Source: Camelus ferus (lineage: Eukaryota). Taken from it: a stretch of DNA of 64,000 bases. Position numbers and translations under genes: made by a program. Positions 1 through 11,009 of this stretch are shown here, piece by piece. How positions within the stretch are numbered: position 1 is the first letter of the stretch; each line of letters begins with the position of its first letter. The notes beneath the pieces are model-generated. The model made no database searches. It was not told where the DNA came from and saw nothing but the letters and a program-made list of their open reading frames with translations. Location: the NCBI RefSeq assembly GCF_009834535.1, contig NC_045697.1:98272001-98336000 (forward strand). Reading direction: 5' to 3'.

Positions 1-460
1 AGAAAGTGAAACAGCCTTTTGCTGAAATGGAGAAAGTTTGAGTGGTCTGGATAGAAGATCAAACCAGCCACCTCATCCCCTTCAGCCAAAGCCTCACCCA
101 GAACAAGGCCCTGACTCTGACTCTCTTCAATTCTATGAAGGCTGAGACAGCTGAGGAAGCTGTAGAAGAAAAGCCTGAAGCTAGCAGAGGCTGGTTCATG
201 AGGCTTAAGGAAAGAAACCTTTTCTGTAACATCAAAGTACCAGGTGAAGTAGCAATGGCCAATGTAGAAACTGCAGCAAGTTATCCAGGAAATCTAACTG
301 AGATATAATGAAGATGGCTACATCAAACAACAAATTTTCAATGGAGACAAAACAGCCTTCTTTTGGCTGAATATGCCTTCTAGGACTCCCATAGCTAGAG
401 AGGAGAAGTCAATGCCTGGCTTCAAAGGACAGCCCAACTCTCTTTTTGGGGGCTAATGTA
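1..460 (+). mobile_element. Tigger1 (TcMar-Tigger/pogo) DNA transposon internal fragment with decayed transposase
   Basis: ORF 42-308 reads [46 protein letters not shown], the Tigger1 transposase CENP-B-type HTH region. It is followed by frameshifted 'atagctagagaggagaagtcaatgcctggcttcaaaggacag' and is cut by the window start. Confidence 0.92.
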
Positions 461-1084
461 CTAGTGTATCAGAGTGATCAATGACTTTGAGGAAATAAAG
501 TAGCCAAAGGACTAAGGAATTCAGGGTAAGGGGTAGACTTCAATTTTATATAGATCATCAAGGAAATATAAGAAAGTAAAAGCAGAGCTAAAACCTATAA
601 GGAATGAAAGCCTTGTGTGGGAGCACAGTCATGGGTTAGTAAGTTGTAGGGCCGCATTGCGCAGCAGAAGACCGCAGAGCATGCTTCACTTATCTATGAC
701 ATGAATCTTTGATTCATGAGATTCCTACACTTCCCAGTCCTTTCATTATTTCTTAACAGATCTTAACCTAGAACAGTTTAACCATTTATTTAAATTGCTT
801 AAGATTTATGACTTAATGCCTTGCTCTGTTCAAATTCCAATGACATATGTCACTCTGTTTGAAGATCGTGCTCAATAAATAAGAGAGTCTAAGGGGGTCT
901 CAGAAACTTGGTCTCCAGCTCCCTCTCACCTCTCTTGACTTGATAGTCTTCAGTAATCCTTTCATCCACAGTGGGCTTTGCTGGCCAAAACCTACAGCCT
1001 TGGAAGATAAGTATGCCAGGTAGAGGGAGCTTAAGGTCAGGTAGTTAGAGCAGAGTGAATGAACAAGTGGGAGGAAGAGATACA

Positions 1085-1420
1085 GAGAAGGTAGCAGCAG
1101 CCAGATTATGTAAGCCTGTCTCAGAGGTCTGTGCTGGAGATAGAGAGTTATTGGAATAGTGATGGTATTTAAAATGCTGGCGTTCAATGAGATGGTCAAG
1201 GGAGTGAGTTGTGGGTAGAGAAAGGGTTAACCGCTAAGACCTGGGGTGCACCAACATTAAAGGACTGGGGAAAAGGTATGGAATCAGCAGAGGAGACTGA
1301 GAAGCAGCAAGGAGTGAAGTCGTAAGTAGAGTCACTAGACATGGAATGGAAGACAGTGAAGAGAGACAATTCCTCCCAGGATTTTCACTCCAAAGTAGAA
1401 AAAAGAAATGGGCTAATGCT
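1085..1420 (-). mobile_element. L2 LINE fragment
   Basis: 'ggtctgtgctggagatagagagtt...gatggtatttaaa...caagggagtgagt...ggagactgagaagcagc' matches antisense L2 as recalled. Confidence 0.7.
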
Positions 1421-1559
1421 GGCAAGGGAGTGAGATAAACAAAATGAATGTATAAGATGTTAAAAATAACAGTATGTTACTATGTTGAAGGGATGTAAAT
1501 TAATGCAGTTGTTGGAGGGTGTACAAGTTTCCCTCTAATTTCTTTCCTTTTCTTTGTAG

Positions 1560-1780
1560 CACATTCATGTGGTCCTTTATTACATATCGCAGCCTCCCTT
1601 CAAGTTAGGTTGCTAGGTGACAAGGTTCTGGCCCAGGGCATGCTGGTAGAAGTGATGAAAGCTACTTCCCAGGCCTGGTCTTTATAAACATCCTACAGGA
1701 TGGCACCTTCACATGGTAAGCCACTGAGATTTCATGATTTGCTTGTTGCAGCAGAGAGCTCTAATTATCTTGACTAATAG
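1560..1780 (+). mobile_element. MLT1-family (ERVL-MaLR) LTR fragment
   Basis: 'cagcctcccttcaagttagg...gttctggccc...agaagtgatg' and the terminal 'aagccactgagattt...ttgttgcagcag...tgactaata'. Confidence 0.65.
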
Positions 1781-2154
1781 ACTCCTTATTTTCCAGCAAA
1801 TTAAATAAAACTTCCTACTAATTCATAGATCTATCAAGTAACAACTTCCTTCCCCATTAAACCCTGTTCCTCCTCCTTTTCCCTTCCTCTCAAGAGGGCA
1901 GACAATGAAAATATGGTTCTACTTCATGTGACGAGGCAAATATACTATGAGTGTAGTCTATTTTGAGTGTCAGTTTTATTTCATCATATTAAGCCATAAT
2001 ATATTCATAAGTAATCCAGTATTGTGATTTTCAGACATAGTAAAAAATCATTCTATTTCATGAATTTCCTTGAGCAACTTACTATTCTAAAGATTTTTGT
2101 ATGCAGCATATTACTGAAATGGCTAGCTAGTATTTTAAGTTCTCCATTACTCAT

Positions 2155-3400
2155 TTTTTTAACTTTTTACCTTAAAATGATTGCAAATTCATGAGAAGTT
2201 ATAAAAATAGTATATAGAAATAGTACATAGAATTCCTTGAACCCTCCCCCAGCTTCTCTAATGCTAACATATTATGTAACATACAACATTGTCAAACCAG
2301 GAAATTTAAATTGGAACAATACTATTAACTAGACTGCAAACACACTAAGTTTTCATTAGTGTTTATATGCTTTCCTGTGTATGCATGTGTGTGTTTCTAT
2401 GCAATTTGATCCCATGTAAAATTTGTGTAACCACAACCACCATCAGGTACAGACCTGTTCCATCACCAAAGAACTCTCTCACACTACTCCTTTATATTTA
2501 CACTCAGTCTTTCTCAATGCTGTTTCTGTCTCTATAGTTATATCTTTTCAAGAATTTCATATAAATGCAATCATACAGTAACATTTTGAGATTGGCTTTT
2601 TGCTCCCATTGAGCATAAATGCCCTTCAGAGCCATCCAAGTTGCTGAATGTATCAATAGTTTGTTCCTTTTTAATTGCTGAGTAGTATTCCATTGCATGG
2701 ATGTATCAGTGTCTGTTTAACCCTTCACCCATTGAGGAATATTTGGGTCATTTCCAGTTTGAGGCTATTACAAATAATGCTGCTGTACATGTCTGCATAC
2801 AGGTTTTTGCATAGACACTGGCATTTACTCCAGAGAAATAAAAATCTTAGTGTAATTCCTGGTCCTTATGCTAAGTGCACATACAGTTTTATAAGAAATC
2901 ATCAGACTATGTTGTACAGTGTCTGTATCAATTTATAGTCACACCAGCAATAGACGACTGATCCCAGTTTCTCCATATTCTTGCTACTATTTGAGGTTGT
3001 TAATTTTAGCTGTTCTAATATGTGTGTGATAAGATCTCACTGTGGCTTTTTTTTTTTTAACTGAACTATAGTCAATTTACAATGTTGTGTTTAAAGAGAA
3101 AGAAAAATACCATATGATATCACTTATATGTGAAATCCAAAAAAATGACACAAATAGACTTATTTACAAATCAAACAGACTGTGATTTTAATTTGAATTT
3201 CCCTAGTAGCTAACGATGTTAAACAACTTTTTGTGTGTGTGCTTATGTGTCCTCTTTGGTGAAATGTCTGTTCATGTCTTTTGCCCATTTTCTAATTGGA
3301 TTCTTTGTTTCTTTACTGTTGAGTTTTGAGAGCTCTTTATATAGCCTAGACACAAGTTCTTTTACAGCTATATGGTTTGCAAATATTTTCTCCCAGTGCT
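2155..3400 (-). mobile_element. Old eutherian L1 (L1MC-like), 3' UTR and end of ORF2
   Basis: Antisense 3' UTR 'aaaatagtacatagaattcc...cccagcttctctaatgctaacat...gtaaccacaaccaccatc' and ORF2 end (minus ORF MQWNTTQQLKRNKLLIH). Diverged TSD ttactcattttt (2147-2158) / ttactaatttct (3402-3413). Confidence 0.85.
3047..3180 (-). mobile_element. Young artiodactyl/camelid L1, short 5'-inverted insertion
   Basis: Poly-T plus antisense L1 tail (3047-3091) joined to a sense-oriented ORF2-end/3' UTR piece (about 3093-3180, KEKEKYHMISLICEI). TSD actgtggctttt / actgtgatttta. Confidence 0.8.
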
Positions 3401-6299
3401 CTTACTAATTTCTAAAAAAGTTCAAAGAAAAGCTAAAGTTCTCACAAATTCAGATGAGTTTGAATGAAATTGAAAAATTGGGGATACCTTGGGAAACAAT
3501 AACAATCATTTCCCAATGTTTTCTGAAACAAGAAAAAATTATCATTGCATTTTAGGTAGCAGATGCATGAAGGTTATTGAGACCCAGTAGGAAAAGTTAC
3601 GTTTTGGTGTGTCTACAGTAGATTGATAAATTTTCATTACCTTAAATTGAAGACAGAAGGATATGAACATTGAAGTGATTTACTAAGAAGTTGATCAAGC
3701 ATACACCAATATAATTATTTTTTAATCCAACAAGAAAATAGGTATCAATAAATAAGTCATTCATAAGCTAAAGGAACCTACTTCAAGTGTATTGAAATTT
3801 AAAGAGAAGCTTGTTTAAAGATTAAGACAGGCATCAAGGAATACACTGCAGAAAGATTAAAGGGTACTGTTAACAGCTAAGTGTGTTTGCATCTAAATAA
3901 GAGAAAGGTCTAGAATCAAGAAAAAACAGGAAAAAGAAATGTTTTATTGACAAACAGAAAATCAAACATTCAATATACTATCTAAATCTCAAGAACAATT
4001 ATCACTATTGCTAATTTAAAAAAAAAAACTGTTAAGAGAAAGCAAGTCACTTTGGTAAGGGTAAGAATTGGCTCTTTGCTTACTACCTGAGAAAATGAAA
4101 TAACCCTCTAGGAAGTTTCAAAATAAAACACTTTAGTAATTAAAATACAATTGTAATTATACTTAATGGATTAGAGTCTATATATATGCAGATAAAGTAG
4201 CAAAATAATTAAGCATAATGATGAAAATGGAATAGTGTTATTGGTGAGACCTTGCTTCATATTACCAAATTCTAGAGAAATGCTGGGCAATAAAATAATG
4301 ATTTTTGACAGGTGTCTTCAGCTTGTATTAAGGAGACTATTAATATAGTTTTTAAAATTGTACTAAAACCATCTGCTAACTTGTCTAAACTGGGCAACTC
4401 TGATAACTGTAAATTCTGCAAAATCCCATTTCAGCTGAGAATTCTGCTCTAATGAATAGTCTTACACAATGACTCCGATGTTTAGGGGACCCCTGAGCTG
4501 CAAAAATTCAACTCATTTCTTACCTCCAAAGCCTAAAATAAAAAGGCTATTCTGTTATATTCTAATGACAGGACTCTTCATGTCTGCTGCTGGATTTGGA
4601 AACAATCAAAGCTAAAATTTCACCCAAATCCCACATCCTGGGACTGGAGTTGACAAAAAAAGGTCATCAATTACACCTGAACCTCAAGTTTTTATCTTAC
4701 CATCCCAAACCATTCTCCCTTCTCACCACAAGTCTATCAATCTCACACATTATTCTATCACTTCTCCAGGTTTGAGAACCTTAATCTTTCTCCGCTTTAA
4801 TTATTGTATCAGGGAACCACCTGTTCTTGCCAGAAGTTCCATATGGAAAAGGCTTTATTTTATTACTGAGGCCTGGATATCAGGGTTTTTGAAGACTTAA
4901 TGAGCAGAACCTGGGAAAACTATCATTTCAAAGCCTCAAGGTCTTTTTAAGCCTTGTCAATGGTAGCAGAAAGGCACCTGCAGAACACGAGTTCTTTGGG
5001 GGGAAGTCATCAGAATGGATCCTTTAATTACACAAACGTAAAGAATCGATCCATTGATCCTGAAGGAGGCTTTGAAGTCCCTTTCAACCTGTTTTGTTTT
5101 AGAAAGTTGTTTTAGACAAGTTGAGGGTATTGTTTTGAGATGCAAACAGGACTCTGCCAAGGAGCTGGCTTTATCTGGGTAGGAGAGAAGAGAGCGGAGT
5201 GTGGGGCCAGAGAAGGTATTATTCCGGTTCTGCGAGACTGATTCAGTGCACTGTATTTTAAATCATCTCTTGTTAATTTGGAGGGTTTTGTTTGTGTTGG
5301 TGGTGGTGTTTCACTGCCTTTTACAGTAAGTAGAAACCTAACATTGAAAAGATTGCCAGAAAAATTTGCAGGCTTTGTCTTCCATTCACTTTGGAGGAGC
5401 AGCTGTAAAAAGGAGCTGTGCTGGACCATTGTTAGCTCTCACGCTGTGGTTTTTCAAAAGGCAGCAAAGCCAGAATGCATAGATGTCAACCTGCTGCGTG
5501 CTATCCTGCAAGACCTTGTGTGGTTCCCCCTGAAGGGAGAGGACATTCCCACATCCAAGCATCCTGAATCAGAAAATAGTCTGAAAACTTCCTCTTTCTC
5601 TCTCTGAGCTGCATGGTAATTGGGTTCAGGTTCCAAAGCAGCTCCCTAAAGCCCTGGAAGGGGGAAATGGGGAAAGAGGTAGTGTCAGGGGTGGGGATAT
5701 GGCTCCAAAGGCCAAATTGGGCCTGAGATGGAGAACACACATGTCTCATAACTGGTTGTAAATTCCCATGGTGTTTTCCGCCATTATTCCTGAACTGTCA
5801 GTAAAACTTTAATAAATGCAGAAGTTTAGTGTCAATTTGGTGTAGGGAATTAAGTGAAGGTTCTAATCTAATTAGGGATGATGGGATGAAAGCAAAAGCA
5901 GGGCCAGAAGAGTGAAGCCTTTGTTCCAGACAGTCAGAGTGGACTGGAGCTTCAGGTGGGAATCGACAGAGTCCTTGGTGGGTCTGTCTGATCAGAAACC
6001 TGGAGCAAAAAAGCTGGGGAGATGTTCCACCAAGCAGACCCAACTCCCGGAAGAAAAAACGGGGGTGGGGGGGTACTGTGAGCAGGCCTGAGATTCCCCA
6101 AATCACAGCAGTTGCAAACTAGTATCACTGGCCATTTATTATGCTTAAATAGAAAATTCATACTGATACGGGCTGGAAATGTAAGTAACAGCATGTGTTT
6201 TGATTTAATCCCTTCCCACTCATTTATCATCCACTGGGGCCGGGTCCTCATGGCTAGCTAATCCAGATTCCTGCAACAACCTTCTGATGAAAATCCAGA

Positions 6300-7440
6300 A
6301 ACCCAGTCACTCTCCCTGTTACGTGGCCTGAACAACACCATGAGCTTAATGCTCACACAACACCGGCTTCATCACAGGGCTCCAACCCATACAAAGCACA
6401 TGCAACGCACAGAATTTCACATCCGGAATCGGCAATTAACGACGCCAGGAACCAGAAGCAGGAAAGCAGACTTTAAACAACATGAAGGAATTGAGCAAAA
6501 ACCTGGGCTGAGCCCCTCACATGAGAGGAGAGACTAGGACTAGATTTGACACATCTTGGTCCAGTGACACCAGCAAGAGGAGAGACTGGAAAGGAATAAG
6601 AGCCGTCACCACTGAGGAGTGCGGAGGGGGCCATGCTGGAGCCTGCCAGCATCACAGCTGCCTCCGCCGGAAGTCAGTTACGGCGCCCCACACCCTCTCG
6701 GTAGGCGTAAACTTGCCTAGGAGTCCTGAAAATAGTGTGTGATTAATCTTCCCAATCGGACGACGAAAATAAAGTATGATATGGTAATACTGCATTCCAA
6801 TGAGAATTGCAGCTGACATAATGATAAAAATCACATGCCATCGTGTCTTCAACAGCGTTTACAACGAACCTCCAGGGTGCCAGCCCCTTCCGCAGCATAG
6901 AGGGTGAGTTGAAAGCCACCGTCCTCACCCTCAGGTTGCCAAGACTTAGGGGTGAAATAAACAAGTTACGAGGCATTAGCAGTCAAAGGTGATGGGTTCT
7001 TTAATAAAAGCGAGCGCAAGTTGCTGTGGGAACATAGAAGAGGTTCCTTTAACTTGGACCGAAGGGGCGTACGGGAGAACTTTTTGGAGGAGGTAACACC
7101 TAAGCTATAGAGATTAAGTAGGGCTAGCCTGGCATGAAAGTGCATTCGTTTTATTATGGTTGCTGCAACAAATGACCACAAGCTTGGTAGTTTAGAGAAG
7201 CAGAAATGTATTCACTCACGGTGCTGCAGGCTCGAAGTCTGGTATCAGCAACACTGGGCTTTGGCAGAGCTGCGCTTCCTCCGGAGGCCCTCAGAGAGCT
7301 GTTCCTTGCCCCTTTCAGCACCTGGGGGCTGCCAGAGTGCCTCTGCTTCTGCACACCGCACTCCCAGCTCGACCTTCGTCTTCCAGTGGCTCCTCCTCCG
7401 CCACGTGGATCGTCTCCCTCCGCCTCCCTCCTAAAAGGAA
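6300..7440. promoter_or_regulatory. CpG-enriched promoter-like region with no associated CDS
   Basis: About 40 CpG in 1.14 kb by hand count, against a CpG-depleted background. ETS site CCGGAAGT 6667-6674, CCAATCGG 6752-6759, donor-like AGG|GTGAGT at 6903/6904. Confidence 0.45.
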
Positions 7441-7700
7441 ACAGCTGATTGCATTTAGGGCCCACCCAGGTAATCCAGGATTATCTTCCCAGGTTAAACT
7501 CATTAACTTCACATACCCACTGACCCTTTACTTTTCTTTGTCCATAGAAGGTAACATTCACAGGCTCAAAGATCAGACCAGGGGTATCTTTGAACGGTCT
7601 ACTTTCAACCTCAAACATACCAGGCTAAGGGAAGAGCATTCTAGGCAGAATATAAGACACAGGCAAAGAATGAGAAACGTGAGAGCGCATGAAGGGCTTC
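7020..7700 (-). mobile_element. L2 fragment split by the MLT1 at 7141-7617
   Basis: 'gctgtgggaacatagaagagg...ggaggaggtaacacctaagct' before the LTR and 'gggaagagcattctaggcaga' after it. Confidence 0.5.
7141..7617 (-). mobile_element. MLT1 (MLT1C/D-like) solo LTR
   Basis: 'tggttgctgcaacaaatgaccacaagcttggtagtttag...aaatgtattcactcac...gcatttagggcccacccaggtaatccagg...aaggtaacattcacagg'. Confidence 0.85.
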
Positions 7701-9209
7701 GGGACAAACAAGGAGTTTAATCTGACTCAGGTTCTGTTTGCAAATTAGAAGTAGGGAGGAAGCAAGCTGGGCGGAGTAAGAAGTGTCTGTGCCCCAAGGA
7801 CTTTATGGCTTGTTCTCTTTGCAATTGAAAAGAGCCCTTCACAAGAGAGCCTGAACATTCTTGAGAAGATCCCTGTGTATCACCGAGCATTAGAAACACT
7901 CTGGGGCAGGAAAGACAGGAAAATGTAGACCTTAAGGAACTTGAAGGACAAGGGGACCCAGTGCAAGGACTAGGGTTGCCAGACACCAAAAAGCCAGGCA
8001 GGCCTCTCCTTCAGGGAACCATGTGCCCACCAGGTAACTGAGTTCCTCGAGGGGAACTCAGAGACAGGAGTTAACTGCTAAACTCCAGCTGCTTCTTATC
8101 AGAGCCACTCTGTCATCCCTCTCTAAAACATCTCAAGGTGGAATTTGTGGTTGGAATAAACTAGCTTAGATGAGCTTTTTCCTCTGGAAATCCTTACTCA
8201 CAAATCAACCAGAGAATCTTTCTCCAAGAAGCTCCTTCATCCTGTCCCATGACAACACTCACCCAAATTTTCCATTTTTCTCACCCAAGACAAGTGACTG
8301 AAGAAGGGCCCCCACACCAATCTCCTTTTTCCCTTAATAACTTTGGTTTCTTCAAGGGAGAGAAGAGAGAAATGGACCCTCAGAAAGAGAGTGGAGGGAC
8401 AGAAAAAGAAAAGAGCAAGTTAGTAAGTTTACTAAGCATTTACCTAGCCCCTCCAGTACACCTAGCACTATTCTAGGTGTGCAGAAAAATAGCAAGACTC
8501 AAGCAGCTCATATCGTAGAAGTTGTGCAAAGCCATTCTTGAGCCCCTACTCCAAGCTTGGCATGGTGCTAGCTCTTTGCGCATGATCTCTTTAAGCCCCA
8601 AAGCAGTGAGGCTGAAACAAGAGGTCAGAGGCAGAGATGGGACTGCCCTCAAGAGAGGGATAGAGGTAGAAATGGACAAGGTTTACGTAAAAGTATCTGG
8701 ATTCTGCCTTGCCTATAGATTCCAATTTTCTACACGTATTCATTTCAGACTCTATTCTAGAATTAGATGGTTTTCCAGAAACTTCAGCCAAGTCAAGCAA
8801 AAGAGTTTCAAGGATAAATAAAGGAAAGTTCCTAGGTCTGACCGGCACTTTGGGCCATGTTAAAGTGATGCAGACTTGGCTGGATACTGTGGTTATTTAT
8901 AGCTCAAGCAAGCACTAAACCATGCTGTACTTGCAGATGGCCAGGCCAGATGATCTGTCATGGTCCCTTCCAACTCCATTTATTTCGTGATTTTTTTACT
9001 TTTGCCTACTACCTATCACAAGGGCTAACAAGTGAACCATTATTAAGTGGGAGAAAAGAGACTAGGCAAAAGATTTTGAATGGATTTTATATTGTAAAAT
9101 CAATTAAAATAATAGGAAGAGGGGGATTGCATTTCTGATTTGAGAAAAACTAATCAGCAAGGATATCTTCTAGTGCTTGTGCTGAAGGTGATTTCCTATA
9201 ACCATGACA

Positions 9210-9330
9210 TCCTAAAGGGCCTTTAGAGGCCATCAGAAGAGTCTGCTCATTTTAAGACAAGGCCACTGTCTGACCCAGAGAGGTGACATGACAATGCCCA
9301 GGTCTTCTGACTCCTTGTCCAAAGGTCTTT
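9210..9330 (-). mobile_element. MIR SINE fragment
   Basis: 'aaagggcctttagaggccatc...ctcatttt...cccagagagg...cccaggtcttctgactcc'. Confidence 0.5.
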
Positions 9331-9804
9331 TAAAGCCAAACCGCAGTTCAAATCATTCAAATCATCTCAATTAAGGAACTTCTGATTCTAGTCCCAGTAA
9401 AAGTTGAAATAAATACATTTGATATGCTAATTAATATGTGTGATTTGTAATCATGATATAATTTTATGTATAAATTTATATAAAATTTAATGATTATCTA
9501 TAGAGACAAGTTCTCCTAACTCATAAGCTATACTCAGAAGCTATTTAAAACTCTTTTACAATAGAACCTCACATAAAAGTAAATTATAGCCTCAGTGGTA
9601 CATTATGTTATATCTTACTTAAATAATTTCCAAGGATACCTAATGTAAATCTAGAGTTTGGCTCATATCTGAGTTCCCCACCCCCGGGATTGTGAAGAAT
9701 AATCTGGCAATGAAATAGCTAGAAACTTGTATTCATCTGCATAAACATACTGAAAATATTTTATTTGGGGTATTATAGGACTCAGGTATTTTTTTCTAGG
9801 CTCC

Positions 9805-10052
9805 TTTTTTTTGGTTTTTAGGGTTTTTATTGATGTACAGTTAGTTTACAATGTTGTGTCAATTTCAGGTGTGCAGCATAATGTTTCAGTCATGCATATA
9901 AATACTTATATTCCTTTTCCTATTCCTTTTCATTATAGGTTACTACAGGATATTGAATATAGTTCCCTGTGCTATACAGAAGAAACTTGTTGTTTATCTA
10001 CTTTATATATAGTAGTTAGTATCTGTAAATCTCTAACTCCCAATATATCCCT
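9805..10052 (-). mobile_element. Artiodactyl/camelid L1 3' end
   Basis: T-rich start, then 'tttacaatgttgtgtcaatttcaggtg...gatattgaatatagttccctgtgctataca'. Homologous to the copies at 32733 and 43415. Confidence 0.88.
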
Positions 10053-10406
10053 TTGTTTTTAATTGGCATATGAGATTTTCAGTCAAGAAATATTCCTGTG
10101 GGTTTCGAGAATAGGAGGAAAACATCAAGATGTTTTTTGACCTAGGTCTAGAGTGAAAAAAGTAGAAATGGGCCCAATGAGAAATCTAGTCAGTCAGTGA
10201 TTGCTTGTGTTCTGTAAAGGACACAACCATCTCCACTTACACATGACTGAATCAATCCAGTGCCTGACTGTTTGAGATCTGAATACATTAACTTTAGACT
10301 TTCTTCCTGCTGGTAAGCAAAACAACAGTCCAATCATCCCATAAAACAATACCAGACATCTTCCAGAACGTGACTAAAAGATCTTTTTTCCCTTTCCAGG
10401 ACCCTC

Positions 10407-10799
10407 TGTCAAATGACAAAACTAAAACTGAGTAATGAGAGTGATGTCCTTTATTCGAGGGCAAACCATCCAAGGACTAGAGGGGTACACAGCCTCACAA
10501 GCAGGAGAGCTCCCTTCCCCGGGGATTTTGGACACGGGTGAGCGTTAGAAACAGCAAGGCAGAAACAGGGTGTGATTGGCTGGGTTTGTCTATCTGACCT
10601 TATTTAGAAAGATCAAGGAAATATGCATCAAGTGCAGAGTTGACTTGGCATGTAGAGATTGGCCGACTGGAGATACTGTGTTTCACGTCAAGCAGAACAT
10701 TTACAGGAGCATGAAAGTTCCGTTTGCTGACATGGCACCCCAGAAAGGAGCGGCTCCATTTAGGCCTAAAAATTGACTTCCACACCTCTTATTCTGACA
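10407..10799 (-). mobile_element. Solo LTR, ERV1-like, family unassigned
   Basis: Bounded by inverted TGTCA...TGACA. TTTATT near the left end (minus-strand polyA signal) and two internal GATTGG (CCAAT on the minus strand). Confidence 0.6.
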
Positions 10800-11009
10800 A
10801 CCTGTATCAGCGATGGTCCCGCCTCAACACCAAAAGCTGAAGAGGCCAGTCAGGAGCTTTATGTAAATCTATTATTACCTACACAGGAAGCATCAGTCTT
10901 TATTTATGAGGAAAATCAATGCCCATAAAAGCCTCTTTGTGACTGCTTTAAGAGAGAAGGTGCATTATCACCATGATAAAATAACTTTGTATTGAGTAGC
11001 ATAGTAAAG

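Larger units (their letters stand above)
1990..4420 (+). mobile_element. Highly decayed piggyBac-like transposase fossil, interrupted by an L1MC at about 2155-3400
   Basis: Colinear frameshifted motifs: FPMFSE (3510-3527), SLHF (3542-3553), FNPTRK*VSINKS (3721-3759), GKRNV/FIDK (GAC 3949-3951), RVY..AD (GAT 4191), KW-x7-LLHIT (4225-4266), and a Cys array with CTKTIC (4359-4376) and CKFC (4408-4419). The left boundary is uncertain. Confidence 0.62.

Noticed and set aside
42..308. Tigger-type transposase ORF as a domesticated TIGD-like gene
   Set aside because: A frameshift and stop at about 305, further stops and truncation at about 460 indicate an ordinary dead Tigger1 copy.
1857..1868. TTAA(A)CCCT as the left piggyBac terminus
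   Set aside because: It has an extra A, the context also resembles the L2 motif 'aaacctgttcctcctcc', and I found no convincing matching right TIR with TTAA (only a weak 'aatgactcc...tttagggg' near 4468-4488).
5112..5607. Overlapping 105-109 aa ORFs on both strands
   Set aside because: No recognisable domain, no consistent splice signals, and non-ATG or weak starts; the lengths are compatible with chance.
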